The position numbers and the translations under genes are program-made. A stretch of DNA of 64,000 bases from Candidatus Poribacteria bacterium (GTDB lineage: Bacteria; Poribacteria; WGA-4E; WGA-3G), in assembly GCA_965205015.1 (NCBI GenBank), contig OZ242029.1:32001-96000 (forward strand), written 5' to 3'. Below the pieces are notes generated by a model. The model searched no databases. It was not told where the DNA came from and worked only from the letters and a program-made list of their open reading frames with translations. Shown in pieces: positions 11,413 through 21,867 of this stretch (its first letter is position 1; each line of letters opens with the position of its first letter).

Positions 11413-11556
11413 TTCTTTTTCTCCGTCGCCTTATTGTCCTTCTGGCTTCTGTGATTGCAGGATTGCCATCATGTTCGCGTCAGCTCACATTAAGTTTAAC
11501 ATTTTCAGGCAGGACTGTCAAGAAAAATTGTGGACTGCGAATTTTCATGGAATTCG

Positions 11557-12684
11557 CTAACTTCTAAAGAGATTCAGGTATTTCTCCAAGACAAAGAGAC
11601 GGTTTCGGGAATGACCTGTAGTCTCCTTCAGTATACCAAGTTCTGTCAAGGATTTTAGGAGCCGATTCGCGCTTGAAAAACTAATGTTTAACTCCTTTTC
11701 AACCCACCTCGCGTTAACAATGGGCGTTCCATACATAAGTTGAAGCAATTTTTGTGCTTTTTTCGATCGAGAGCCAAGCGTTAGGATTTTGGTATCATAT
11801 TCTTGACGAAGTGCAATGATTGCTTTAAAAGTCCTCAGCCCGTGTTGAGCGGTCTCAACGATTCCGATTAAGAAAAATACGATCCACTGTTCCAAGTCAT
11901 TTGCAGTGCGAACCCGAGTGAGCGAATTGTAGTATGAAACCTTGTTTTTCTCAAAAAAGGTGGATGCATAAAGTGCTGGTTTGCTAAGTAACTGTGCATC
12001 AATGAGTTGCAAAACGATTAACAATCTGCCACACCTACCGTTTCCATCAAGGAAAGGGTGGATGGTTTCAAACTGATAATGCGTAATGGCGATTTTGATA
12101 AGGAATGGCAGTTGTAGCGATGAGTTGTGCCAAAATTTTTCTAAATCACTTAGGAGGTCTGGAAGTTCTTCCGGTGAGGGAGGAACAAAAAGAGCATTGG
12201 CAAGTGATGAACCACCGATCCAATTTTGACTCCTGCGAATTTCACCCGGTGCCTTATGTTTTCCACGAACACCAGACAGTAATATTTTATGGACATCTTT
12301 GAGAAGTCGCATTGAAATCGGGATTCTTGGGAGTTCAGCTATTGCGAAATTCATGGCTGCAATATAATTTTGGACATCTTGCCAATCATCCTGTCTGACT
12401 GGAGGAATCTCCGATTGTGGCAGAACAATCTCACTAATCTCAGTTTTTGTGCCCTCAATCAGATTAGAGTCTATCGCTTCTTTTGCAACGCTCATTGGAA
12501 TCGCAAAATCGACATCTGGTACAATTTCCGCATAAGCGTTGAGTGCTCCCAAGAGATTTGCAGCTTGTTCGACCAACTGATCTATTTGACGATTTTCCCA
12601 AGTAAACGGACAGTTTATGGAGGATGGGTTAAAACTTTTGTATTCTCGTTGCTGTCGGTATGCGCCCGCTATAAAATTTTTCAT
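11557..12684 (-). CDS. Fic family protein
   Basis: HPFLDGNGRCGR Fic motif, SNLIEG, C-terminal HTH-like region. Confidence 0.93.
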   Translation of the reverse strand: MKNFIAGAYRQQREYKSFNPSSINCPFTWENRQIDQLVEQAANLLGALNAYAEIVPDVDFAIPMSVAKEAIDSNLIEGTKTEISEIVLPQSEIPPVRQDDWQDVQNYIAAMNFAIAELPRIPISMRLLKDVHKILLSGVRGKHKAPGEIRRSQNWIGGSSLANALFVPPSPEELPDLLSDLEKFWHNSSLQLPFLIKIAITHYQFETIHPFLDGNGRCGRLLIVLQLIDAQLLSKPALYASTFFEKNKVSYYNSLTRVRTANDLEQWIVFFLIGIVETAQHGLRTFKAIIALRQEYDTKILTLGSRSKKAQKLLQLMYGTPIVNARWVEKELNISFSSANRLLKSLTELGILKETTGHSRNRLFVLEKYLNLFRS

Positions 12685-12900
12685 ATTGCCGTTTTCGCCT
12701 CTTTTTGAAAACAGTAAATTCGCATTGTCATTTTTCCCCGTTTTTGATAATCCCAGATTCCATATTATAACGTTTGTTCAAGGAGATATCAAGGGATTAT
12801 AGTAAAACCGAATAATTAAGTGCACTTGAGGATCGGTGCGGTTAGGAAACCCCACCTACCGGGGGACGGTATCCATTCTGGGCCCGATCAAAGGGAAAGA

Positions 12901-13887
12901 TTATGGTGTCGGAGTTATGGCGTTGTGGACTTCGTTGACAATCGCATCGGGTTCTATCCCTTCGCCTTGTCCCTCGAAGTTGAGAAGGATACGGTGACGG
13001 AGAGCGGGAAGCAATACAGCATCAATATCCGAAAAGGCAACGTTGTAACGCTCATCGAGAAGCGCATTGATTTTAGCAGTAAGGGCTATCGCCTGGACAC
13101 TCCGAATCCCCGCACCGAGATGGACATAGCGTTTAACGATCTCCGGTGCGTCCTCGGAATCCGGATGCGTGCCCCGGACAACTCGGATGATGTGTCGTTC
13201 GACATGCTCGGCGATGATAACCTGTGGCACGAGGTGACGCATCTCGTTGAGCGTCTCGGCATTCGTTACCTTGTCGATCGTGACCTCAGCCCCGGATGTA
13301 GTGCGACGTAGGATTTCCACTATCTCATCTTCGCTTGGAAAGTCGATGAGGAGTTTGAAGAGGAACCGGTCGAGTTGTGCCTCTGGGAGCGGGTAGGTAC
13401 CCTCCATTTCCAACGGGTTCTGTGTGGCAAGAACACAAAACGGTTCCTCTAATGTGTGGCTGGTGCGTCCAACGGTGACAGTCCGCTCTTGCATCGCTTC
13501 GAGGAGCGCCGATTGCGTGCGCGGTGTGGCGCGGTTAATCTCGTCAGCGAGGATGAGTTGAGAGAAGATCGGTCCCTGTTGGAATTCAAACTGCCTGCTA
13601 CCCTGTTCATCCTCAATGAGAAGGGTTGTACCTGTGATGTCGGAGGGCATCATGTCCGGTGTAAATTGGATACGCTTGAAGGAGAGGTCGAGTGCTTCGC
13701 TGAGGGTATAGATGAGTTGCGTTTTCCCCAAACCGGGGATCCCCTCAAGGAGGGCGTGACCATTGGCGAGTAGACAGAAGAGTACACCTTCGATGATAGC
13801 GTCTTGACCCACAATACGTTTCTGGACTTCGGCTTTGACGTTATAAAAGGTTTCTCGGAACTGCTGGATTTGGGTTTCTAAGTTCAT
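12901..13887 (-). CDS. MoxR family AAA+ ATPase
   Basis: EGIPGLGKT, RIQFTPDMMPSD, ADEINRA, ATQNPLEMEGTYPLPEAQLDRF. Start reassigned to MNLETQ at 13887. Confidence 0.93.
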   Translation of the reverse strand: MNLETQIQQFRETFYNVKAEVQKRIVGQDAIIEGVLFCLLANGHALLEGIPGLGKTQLIYTLSEALDLSFKRIQFTPDMMPSDITGTTLLIEDEQGSRQFEFQQGPIFSQLILADEINRATPRTQSALLEAMQERTVTVGRTSHTLEEPFCVLATQNPLEMEGTYPLPEAQLDRFLFKLLIDFPSEDEIVEILRRTTSGAEVTIDKVTNAETLNEMRHLVPQVIIAEHVERHIIRVVRGTHPDSEDAPEIVKRYVHLGAGIRSVQAIALTAKINALLDERYNVAFSDIDAVLLPALRHRILLNFEGQGEGIEPDAIVNEVHNAITPTP

Positions 13888-13993
13888 GTTTTTTGGGCGA
13901 GGTCGGAAACCTCGCCAGCAGATAACATCGAGGTTAAACACCTCCACATCAGATATAAGCGCGCTTGGAAAGCGCGCCCACCGGGATGCGATT

Positions 13994-15043
13994 CTACCAA
14001 TTGTCTCTCGTAACGTAGAGAGACCGGTTTTCCATGGGGAGCGTAATGTGTTTACCGCCGAGTCGATGCGATTCAATCATGCCCATGAGCGTCTCTATAC
14101 TCCGACGCGCGAGGTGGACGGGTCCTTTCGTTTCCCGGTCTTCGTCGAGTGCCTCGGCGATATCGGTGATGCCCATGACAGTGCCCGTCGCGCGGGATGT
14201 CTCTGGGAACGGCACTTCTTCAAAGAAGCTCCCGTCTTTTTTTCTGAATTGGATCTCTCTACTATTGTTTTGTATACGGATCTTACCGGCGGTGCCGCAG
14301 ACCTCATATTCGGGTCCAGTGCCTGCGGTGTTATAGCCGTGAACCCCGTTGGAATAACGGATGTAACCACAGCCGATACCCGGGTCAGCGTTGAGGCGGT
14401 TACCATCCCAATCTGAATCGTTGCATATAATCGCGCCTGTTACGAAATCTACTTCCGGATCACCGGCGAGAAAGAGGAGCATGTCTGCGGCGTGCGTCAA
14501 ACCCCAAAGCGCGGAGCCAGATCCGTATTGGGCGATAGAGCATAAGACATTACCGATTTCACCAGCATCCACAAACTCACGCACTTTGCGATAGATCGGC
14601 ATGTAGCGACGCTGCGTGCCATAGTTGAATTTGACACCGTGTTTTTGAACGATGTCTACCATGATGTCCGCCTCTTCCATGGAGCAGCAGAGCGGTTTTT
14701 CACAGTAGATGCCCTTGACCCCATTTTCGGCGGCAAAGACAGTCATGTCGGCGTGTGGACCGGGACGCGTGGCGATACAGACGATGTCGGGTTTCTCTTT
14801 CTCGATCATCTCTTGGTAGTCTGTATAAGCGCGCTCGGCTCCGTAGCGTTGCCTGATGGCTTCGGCTTTCTCAGCAAAGACATCTGAGACGGCGACGAGA
14901 TCCGTTCGTTCACAGGCGACAGCGGCGGCCGCGTGCGAGAAGGGTTGCCAAATAAAACTATCGTCTCTGCCTTCGACTTCGTCGTCAATGGTCGCGCCCA
15001 TCCGTCCGCATCCGATGAGACAGGCTTTATATGTGCGTGGCAT
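13994..15043 (-). CDS. Gfo/Idh/MocA family oxidoreductase
   Basis: IGCGRMG, CEKP motif. Confidence 0.9.
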   Translation of the reverse strand: MPRTYKACLIGCGRMGATIDDEVEGRDDSFIWQPFSHAAAAVACERTDLVAVSDVFAEKAEAIRQRYGAERAYTDYQEMIEKEKPDIVCIATRPGPHADMTVFAAENGVKGIYCEKPLCCSMEEADIMVDIVQKHGVKFNYGTQRRYMPIYRKVREFVDAGEIGNVLCSIAQYGSGSALWGLTHAADMLLFLAGDPEVDFVTGAIICNDSDWDGNRLNADPGIGCGYIRYSNGVHGYNTAGTGPEYEVCGTAGKIRIQNNSREIQFRKKDGSFFEEVPFPETSRATGTVMGITDIAEALDEDRETKGPVHLARRSIETLMGMIESHRLGGKHITLPMENRSLYVTRDNW

Positions 15044-15247
15044 AATTTTCTCCTATAAACATAATATCCTGATAGAGTTGCAGGTCAGCTGCAAGATTTC
15101 TGAGCGGATTACCTATTGTGTTCAATCCAACCTACGCTTCTAACATGCTATCAAAACCAGAACCCCTTGTCAAGTCTATTGAGATTATCCGGTGCGGTTG
15201 GAATGCAGCAAAACCGCACCCATCGTAATTGGGAAAAGTCGAAAAAA

Positions 15248-16702
15248 TTACTCACCCGTGTAGAGTTTCCCGAAGTAGGGGCGGTAGCCCGCGGGTCCAG
15301 GATAGCCATCCCAGTAATGCGCATCGGTTGGAAAAGTGTCCTCACCACCACTCCGTAGCCATGCCATCAGGGCAGGATCGGTCCCACGACGTTCAATTTC
15401 ATCAATAGCGGCGGCGTGCAGTTTGGCGACGACATCGGGATGTTCACTGGCAACATCGTCCAATCCACCGAGTCGGACGAGTTTGGAGTTTTCAGGTTTC
15501 GTACCGACCTCTAAACTCCACTCACGGTCGAAGATAGTGAAGAGATTGAGATTCGGATTCTCTGTGCTGTTCTCCCACCGCTCAATACTGCCACCAGAGA
15601 GTGCCAGCTGCCTTTCACCGGCTTCCCCATTACGCGCCGGGGTTACGATGTCGTGTCCTTCAATGCCATCGGGACGTGCTTCACCTAAGATATTGAGAAT
15701 TGTTGGGAAGAAGTCTTGCGGTTGGACGATGACGTTGCTTCTCCCCGTATCTCCCTCGGGCAGCCGAATAAAGAGCGGGACGTGCGTCTCCTGCTGACGG
15801 ACGGGTTGTCCCTTACCAAACCTACCGCGCTCACCGACATTTGTGCCGTGATCAGCGGTAAAGATGACAGCAGTATTCTTGTCAAGCCCTGTGGATTCAA
15901 GTGCGTCAAGGAATTGCCCGAAACAGTGGTCCATCCATGTCGTTTTCGCGGCGTATTGCGCTTTGATGTGCTGTTTCGCTTCATCCGAAAGTTTCGCATT
16001 ACCCCGTGCCCCGAGGCTGCGCGGATCGACGCGTCCGTCGTAACCCGGACGGGTATCGTATTTTTTCATAAACTCGAGTGGTGCATCCCAAGGTTCGTGT
16101 GGATCGAAACAGTCTATCCAGAGGAAGAAATTATCCCGTTTGGCGTTGTCCTTGAGGAATTGCGCCGCCGTGTTGAAGAGTCTTGCGCAGTTCCAATCCT
16201 CAGGTTTTTTGCGGTTTCTGTTTGCGCGTGCGTAGCTGCGGAGCATCCCCGATTCAGCAGCTTTGTCATCAATACAATCGAAGAGTGGTTGACGCGTCCA
16301 GTTGTCGGGCCACACCACGGTATCGGTAATCCAATCCCTGTCGACCTCTGCACCGCGAACGAATGTCCATGCATGGAAGGGCCAATCGAAGTTATGGCCA
16401 CCATTGACGAGATGCGGTGTATCGTGAATGAGTTGCGTTGCGTAGCCGTTTCCCGCGAGCGTCCACGGTAGCGTTTGGCGTTCGTGTCGAAGCGGTTTCC
16501 ATGGGTGGATGGGCGCACCGTATTGTCCAGTGATAACATCAGTTCGGTAGGGGATCGTTGGAAAACTGGCGCAGAAGGCGTAGTCAAATGCCAACGCTTC
16601 CGAGGCAAACCGATCGATGTTGGGTGTCTCTATCCAGTCATTCCCATTTGCGCCGATGTAGTCATAGCGGAGTGTATCAATAACAATATAAGCGAGATTC
16701 AT
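15248..16702 (-). CDS. Sulfatase-like hydrolase (alkaline phosphatase superfamily) with Thr at the catalytic position
   Basis: IDTLRYD, PTIPYRTDVITG, FDPHEPW, TADHG. Confidence 0.88.
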   Translation of the reverse strand: MNLAYIVIDTLRYDYIGANGNDWIETPNIDRFASEALAFDYAFCASFPTIPYRTDVITGQYGAPIHPWKPLRHERQTLPWTLAGNGYATQLIHDTPHLVNGGHNFDWPFHAWTFVRGAEVDRDWITDTVVWPDNWTRQPLFDCIDDKAAESGMLRSYARANRNRKKPEDWNCARLFNTAAQFLKDNAKRDNFFLWIDCFDPHEPWDAPLEFMKKYDTRPGYDGRVDPRSLGARGNAKLSDEAKQHIKAQYAAKTTWMDHCFGQFLDALESTGLDKNTAVIFTADHGTNVGERGRFGKGQPVRQQETHVPLFIRLPEGDTGRSNVIVQPQDFFPTILNILGEARPDGIEGHDIVTPARNGEAGERQLALSGGSIERWENSTENPNLNLFTIFDREWSLEVGTKPENSKLVRLGGLDDVASEHPDVVAKLHAAAIDEIERRGTDPALMAWLRSGGEDTFPTDAHYWDGYPGPAGYRPYFGKLYTGE

Positions 16703-16721
16703 TTCTATCTTTCCTTTTATT

Positions 16722-16840
16722 GGCTGTCGGCTTTCAGGTCGCTTCGCTTTCGGCTGTCAGTAGTATCTGTAGTAGTTGTTGAAGTTGTGTTCGCCGCAAA
16801 TGGCTCTTGTCCGACTGCCGACCGCTGACCACCGATCGCC
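16722..16840. repeat. Intergenic heptamer-based imperfect palindromic repeat
   Basis: ggctgtcggctttcagg...ggctgtcag / ctgccgaccgctgaccaccgatcgcc; related to the elements at ~19436, 23388, 56196 and 63741. Confidence 0.6.
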
Positions 16841-16847
16841 AACGACC

Positions 16848-17594
16848 TTACCATTTTGGGATTGCGCCGAGTAAGAGCTGCTGTTGTGGTGTGCCTTCTG
16901 CTCGGAGTTTCGTGACGCGAGGACCATCAAAGGGTTCACGCGATTTCATCCACGCGTTCTGGTAGCACATCAGGCAAACACGTCGACATTGTGAAGAATT
17001 GTTAGCCGCCCCCCGATGCCATGTCCATCCATCGAACATAACCGCCTGTCCGGGGGACACGAGCACCCGCTTTTCATCCGGCAATTCGACAGGCGTCGGT
17101 GGCGGACGGAACGGGGCGCGGTGGCTGCCGGGTTGGATAACCGTGGGACCGTTCTCGTCGGTGACCTCGTCGAGATAATAGCCGCAGTTAATCTGTGCCG
17201 GGAGACTCCCGTAAGGCGTTCCATTCGGAGCGACGGGCCAGGGACCATCGCGATGCCAATGCTGATCCGGCGTTCCGGGCTCGGTAATACGTGCTGTCGC
17301 GCTGTGGAGCTGAACACACGTCCCCAATATGGCTTCCATCCGCTTCAGGACAGGCGGATTGTCCAACAGAAATGCGAACCGATCGTCTTCCTCAAGCAGT
17401 TCACCGATGAATTGACTTTTGTTGTTGCGTTCGTAACTCTCATCGAGTGCCGCTCGGAGCGACTCAATTTGTGCCGGTGTCGCGGCGTTATCGACGACGA
17501 GATAACCCCAATTGAGAAAAAAATTAACTTCTTGTTGCAGTTGGTGATCGAGTTCGACGTTGAGTGTCGGTGGCACGACGCTTGGATTTGCCAT
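16848..17594 (-). CDS. Phytanoyl-CoA dioxygenase (PhyH) family Fe(II)/2OG dioxygenase
   Basis: WHRDG, ENGPT..PGSH, WHRG, RRVC. Confidence 0.9.
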   Translation of the reverse strand: MANPSVVPPTLNVELDHQLQQEVNFFLNWGYLVVDNAATPAQIESLRAALDESYERNNKSQFIGELLEEDDRFAFLLDNPPVLKRMEAILGTCVQLHSATARITEPGTPDQHWHRDGPWPVAPNGTPYGSLPAQINCGYYLDEVTDENGPTVIQPGSHRAPFRPPPTPVELPDEKRVLVSPGQAVMFDGWTWHRGAANNSSQCRRVCLMCYQNAWMKSREPFDGPRVTKLRAEGTPQQQLLLGAIPKW

Positions 17595-17597
17595 CGG

Positions 17598-18422
17598 TTA
17601 CGCCTCCTTAATTGCATCGCGGTCGGCGGTTGCCCACTCTTCCCAGCGGTCTTCGTCGGAATGGAGGAAGCCAGAGTTACATCGCGGTTGGAGTTGCTCA
17701 TCCACGCCGAGGAGTCGCATGTGTTGATGATTATTGGTAGCTTTCGCAGTTTCCAACAACTTTTGGGTATGCGGACCCGTGTGATGATCGGTGTGTTTCA
17801 GCCAGGTCAGGTTATAATAGATGCTGAAGAAATAGCGTAAGTTTCCAGAGGTATTCGGGGTCCCGGAGTGAATGAGTCCGTTATGTGTGATGACGACATC
17901 ACCAGCTCCCATGTGGACCAGTGTTTCGTCGGGATGCGGGACACTCCGTTGTGAATCTTCCATCGTAATCGGCTTTCGATGCGAACCGACAATGACGCGA
18001 AGGGGTCCGTATTCATCCGTCAAATCTTGCAAATAAGAGATAGCGTTGATGGCGTTCGGGCGATGATAGGCATCGGTAAAAGGAACGTGTGCCCAGCGAT
18101 CGCGGTGCCATCCAGAGACCCTGCCTTCCGCTTTTTCTTTTTCCATTGATGGAAAGGCAGCGAGTGTGAGGTTATCCAATTGCACAAAGGGACCCATCAC
18201 TCTCTCTACAAATTCAAGAATCGTAGGGTGTGAGACAGCGGGCCACATCAGTTCTGGTGCCAATTCAAGCGTATTTCCGAACCATGTTTGTCCGTCGTTG
18301 GCTGCGGAGAGTTCTCGATGTTTCTCGCGCCAACTTTGCATCTGAGGCTCGTCAAAAACTTTCTCAAAGATTGCAAAGCCATCGGTTTTATAGGCTTCAA
18401 ATTGTGCGTCTACTGTCGGCAT
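17598..18422 (-). CDS. PhyH family Fe(II)/2OG dioxygenase
   Basis: GWHRD, GPLRVIVGSH, LIHSGTPN, LRY. Confidence 0.9.
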   Translation of the reverse strand: MPTVDAQFEAYKTDGFAIFEKVFDEPQMQSWREKHRELSAANDGQTWFGNTLELAPELMWPAVSHPTILEFVERVMGPFVQLDNLTLAAFPSMEKEKAEGRVSGWHRDRWAHVPFTDAYHRPNAINAISYLQDLTDEYGPLRVIVGSHRKPITMEDSQRSVPHPDETLVHMGAGDVVITHNGLIHSGTPNTSGNLRYFFSIYYNLTWLKHTDHHTGPHTQKLLETAKATNNHQHMRLLGVDEQLQPRCNSGFLHSDEDRWEEWATADRDAIKEA

Positions 18423-18470
18423 TAGAGTGTTCCTGTTAATTGTTACGGCACACGGCGTGTGCCTACTACT

Positions 18471-19421
18471 TTAGCGTAATCCACTGAGGATTGCATCGGC
18501 GAGTTCCATCGTTTTAACAGCCTCATCAAGATTAGCAGCTGGGAACGAAACAGGCGTATCAGACTTGACACAATCCAAGAAATACCTGTTCTGTTCAACA
18601 GTACCACCCGTGCCTGCTTCGGTGATTTCGTGTTGTGTGCCATCACAGAAAACGGTTCCGCGGGAAACCCCCTCCAGATAAGCGGAGATGTCTCTGCCGT
18701 GAATCTCGTAGCGTTCAAGGCGCGCGTCCGTGGTGTAGTTAGCGATATGTTGGGCGACACAGCCGTTATCAAACAGGATCAGTGCGGCGTGGACATCTTT
18801 GTAATCTGAGATGGTCCGCTGAACAACACTATGGACTTCTTGAACATCGGCTTCGGCGACGGCACGAATTGTATCAAGGGCATGGATAGGTGTCTCCAGA
18901 AACATATTGTCCATCAAATGTTCCGGAAATCTACCGCCTTGTGCCAATCGGGTGATGCTCTTGTGAAATTCGCCGACGATTTGCGTCACAGGACCGCGGG
19001 CGGTCACTTGGCGTTTCGCTTCAACGATGATCGGGTGAAAACGGCGGTTCCAGCCCACCATCCCTTTCGCACCTGTCCGTTCTGCTGCAGTCCGCAAAGC
19101 AACTGTCTCTGCAACACTCATCCCTGGCGGTTTTTCCAAAAGCGTATGCACACCGCGTTCAAAACAGGGGAGTGCCGCCTCACCGTTGAGGTGCGCCGGT
19201 GTAGCAACAAAGATAGCGTCCAAGGTTTCATTGTCCAATAACGCCTCAATGCTTTCGTACTTCGCTGAGACATTGAACATTTCCGCGGCGGTGTCGCGTG
19301 CCCCTTCAACGGGATCGCAGACGGCAACGAGATCCGTATCGTCAAATTCCGAAAGGATTTTCATGTGACCGCGGCCCCTACCGCCGCAGCCGATGACAGC
19401 AACTCGTAGTTTCGACATCAT
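18471..19421 (-). CDS. Gfo/Idh/MocA family oxidoreductase
   Basis: IGCGGRG, LEKPP, GWNRRF; AAGGAG RBS upstream of MMSKLR. Confidence 0.9.
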   Translation of the reverse strand: MMSKLRVAVIGCGGRGRGHMKILSEFDDTDLVAVCDPVEGARDTAAEMFNVSAKYESIEALLDNETLDAIFVATPAHLNGEAALPCFERGVHTLLEKPPGMSVAETVALRTAAERTGAKGMVGWNRRFHPIIVEAKRQVTARGPVTQIVGEFHKSITRLAQGGRFPEHLMDNMFLETPIHALDTIRAVAEADVQEVHSVVQRTISDYKDVHAALILFDNGCVAQHIANYTTDARLERYEIHGRDISAYLEGVSRGTVFCDGTQHEITEAGTGGTVEQNRYFLDCVKSDTPVSFPAANLDEAVKTMELADAILSGLR

Positions 19422-19595
19422 TTTCTCCTTCAAATGGTTATCAGTTATCGGTTATCAGTTACAAGAGAGAATAGAAGAAACCGGGAAGGTTGGAAAAGTG
19501 GAAGGTTGGAAGGGGAGCCCATTCTTCCACTCTTCTCTTCCAGCCTTCCCTTCTTACCTTCCAACCATAATACCGATTGCTGACTGCCTTTTTCC

Positions 19596-20384
19596 TTAGT
19601 GCCGGATGTGCGGTGCCTCCATGACTTCCCGCTGCTCGGGGGACATATCCTCAATATAATCGGGATACGTAACCTCGTGTGCTCCGGTGCCATAAGACTG
19701 GAATCCAGGACTGAACTTGTAGAGCAGTGCGCGCCGTTGATGGCTACCCTTCCACGGAAGCGTCCCGTGCGTCAACGTTTCGGTGAAAATCACGGCATCG
19801 CCGGCTTTTGCGTTGACTTCAAGCACCTGATTCTGATACTGCTCGTAACGTTTCATACTGCTCGGACACGGAAGGTTCGCCTTATGACTACCCGGAACGA
19901 TCGCCAACCCCCCATCGCCGGGTCCCTCGTCAGCGAGCATGTATTCAACGACAGTCAAACCCGTGTAGATGCGACCATATTTGAAAAAGTAGGCTTCAGA
20001 GAAATTCGGACGCTCAATCCCACCTCCGTGTAAAGTACCACCTTCCGTGCCTTTCTCCATAGCAATCAAACCAGGACCGTGATCCAGCCGATACTGTTTG
20101 CCTAAAATCTCTTCAAGACACGGTTTAACCTTGGAATGGACGAGCAAATTTCGGAACGGTTCACACCAAGGTTTCTCCCAGGCGAGCATGCCCCCCATGT
20201 CCATCCGGTGTGCCGTGCCAGAAAGTGCTGTCGAGCCGCCTGCCAAAGAGGTATCGCGTTCCCTAAGTCCTTCAATGTGATGGTCGATGGCAGCGTTGCA
20301 CTCGGCGACCTCTTCTGCCGTCAAAGCGTTTTCGATGATGAGGTATCCAGTCAAATCGAAGAGATATTTTTGATCTTCGTTCAT
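19596..20384 (-). CDS. PhyH family Fe(II)/2OG enzyme with HGG in place of HxD
   Basis: FDLTGYL, LHGGG, GDGGLAIVPGSHK, LTHGTLPW, RRALLYKF. Confidence 0.88.
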   Translation of the reverse strand: MNEDQKYLFDLTGYLIIENALTAEEVAECNAAIDHHIEGLRERDTSLAGGSTALSGTAHRMDMGGMLAWEKPWCEPFRNLLVHSKVKPCLEEILGKQYRLDHGPGLIAMEKGTEGGTLHGGGIERPNFSEAYFFKYGRIYTGLTVVEYMLADEGPGDGGLAIVPGSHKANLPCPSSMKRYEQYQNQVLEVNAKAGDAVIFTETLTHGTLPWKGSHQRRALLYKFSPGFQSYGTGAHEVTYPDYIEDMSPEQREVMEAPHIRH

Positions 20385-20422
20385 TGATGCTCCCTCCTTT
20401 TTTAATTATCTACAAGGTAAAA

Positions 20423-21487
20423 TTAAAAACCTGTTGCTTCGGCAACACTCTGCGGTCTACCCGTTGCATCCCCACCGAGCCATCGATAGGGACGTGGATA
20501 GAGTGCTAAAGATCTGTCCTCAAGCGGGAGTTTGACGGGTGTGCTATTTCGGGTTGCAGAGAGTTTCGCAGCAATGGCAACCTCCAACGCTTGTCGGAGA
20601 TCCGCGCCCGTAATCCACGGGTCTCCGTTGCCATCGACAGCCGCTAAGAAGGAACGAATCGAGCCTGTCAGGTAACTGAATTCGTTCCACGGATATGGAC
20701 TATAGTTGGGATCAGTTCGGACGCGATTGCCGTGAGGGTCGTAGCCCTTGAATATTTCAGGTGGATTCCAATCCCATCGGACGAGGCATTCCTCTGTCCA
20801 AACATCTACACCTCGGCAAGATGTTGGTGTCCCGAAGACACCGCATTCCAGTCCATTCGTAAGAAGAAAACGTCCGTTGATAATTAGACCTTCATCGGTC
20901 TCTGCGTTTAACGCTTCAGGCGGAGTCCCCCACGCGATGATCTCCTCGACTTCAGCGTTAGCGAACAGACGGAGCACGGAGATGTGTTGGCATCCACCCC
21001 CAGAGATCTCGCCCCCGAACCCGTGAACGCTCGCGCCCCTGATTTCTCCAAATTCACCGCTGTGGAGCCGAGATGCCGCCTCTTGAACCTCATTCATTGC
21101 CCGCTGCAGATTGCCCCCCGCGAAGACGACACCCCGCTCAGCACATACGTCAACCATCGCATCGGCATCCTGTAAGCATCCGGCAATCGGTTTCTCCGTA
21201 GAGATCCCTCTGACACCGGCTTCCGCACACGCAACCACCACATCTTTCATGTATTTTGTGGGCGTGACAACCACCGCGATGTCCGGGACCGCGTCCTTCA
21301 GCAACGCTTCTACATCTGGATAAAGAGCCGCAACGTCAAAACGCGCACCGAGCACATCACGCCGCTGCGCATTCGCATCGACGATCGCGACAATTTCTGT
21401 GTCGGGATACGTCGTGTATGCCTCGGCGTAGTTTTGTCCCATCCGTCCACACCCAATAATGGCTACACGATATTTGGTGTTCCTCAT
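20423..21487 (-). CDS. Gfo/Idh/MocA family oxidoreductase
   Basis: IGCGRMG, TEKPIA. Confidence 0.9.
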   Translation of the reverse strand: MRNTKYRVAIIGCGRMGQNYAEAYTTYPDTEIVAIVDANAQRRDVLGARFDVAALYPDVEALLKDAVPDIAVVVTPTKYMKDVVVACAEAGVRGISTEKPIAGCLQDADAMVDVCAERGVVFAGGNLQRAMNEVQEAASRLHSGEFGEIRGASVHGFGGEISGGGCQHISVLRLFANAEVEEIIAWGTPPEALNAETDEGLIINGRFLLTNGLECGVFGTPTSCRGVDVWTEECLVRWDWNPPEIFKGYDPHGNRVRTDPNYSPYPWNEFSYLTGSIRSFLAAVDGNGDPWITGADLRQALEVAIAAKLSATRNSTPVKLPLEDRSLALYPRPYRWLGGDATGRPQSVAEATGF

Positions 21488-21597
21488 TTTTAGACTCCTT
21501 AATCGCGTATGTTAGCAAGGTACAAAAAGTATGTCAACGCAAAAGTGGATTTTTTAGGAGAGGTTTCGGGAGGGGATGCATTATCATGGGTTCCTCG

Positions 21598-21830
21598 TAG
21601 GTTGGGTTGAACGGGACTTCACCAGAACCTCGCTGTGCCCCGAAACCCTTGGACATACAAAAGCACATCAATACCCCTAACTCTATAGTGAAACCCAACG
21701 CACGCATTGAAAAGTTGGGTTTCGCTGAGTTTCTGTGATGTGGCAGGATTCTGGTAAAATTAGGGATTTCTTGGGTCTATCCCCGCTTCGGTCTATTCCG
21801 CTCAACCTAGGGGAAACACCCACGCAAAAA
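21598..21830. repeat. GTAG-type REP-like palindromic element
   Basis: gtaggttgggttga ... gaaacccaac-14 nt-gttgggtttc hairpin ... ctcaaccta. A related end (tcaatccaacctac) occurs at ~15122. Confidence 0.55.
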
Positions 21831-21867
21831 CATCTACGTCGATCCATGCCAAAAACTTTACACACCC

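Noticed and set aside
13888-14076. N-terminal extension of the MoxR ORF
   Set aside because: It overlaps the upstream gene and REP-like DNA; homology starts at MNLETQ.
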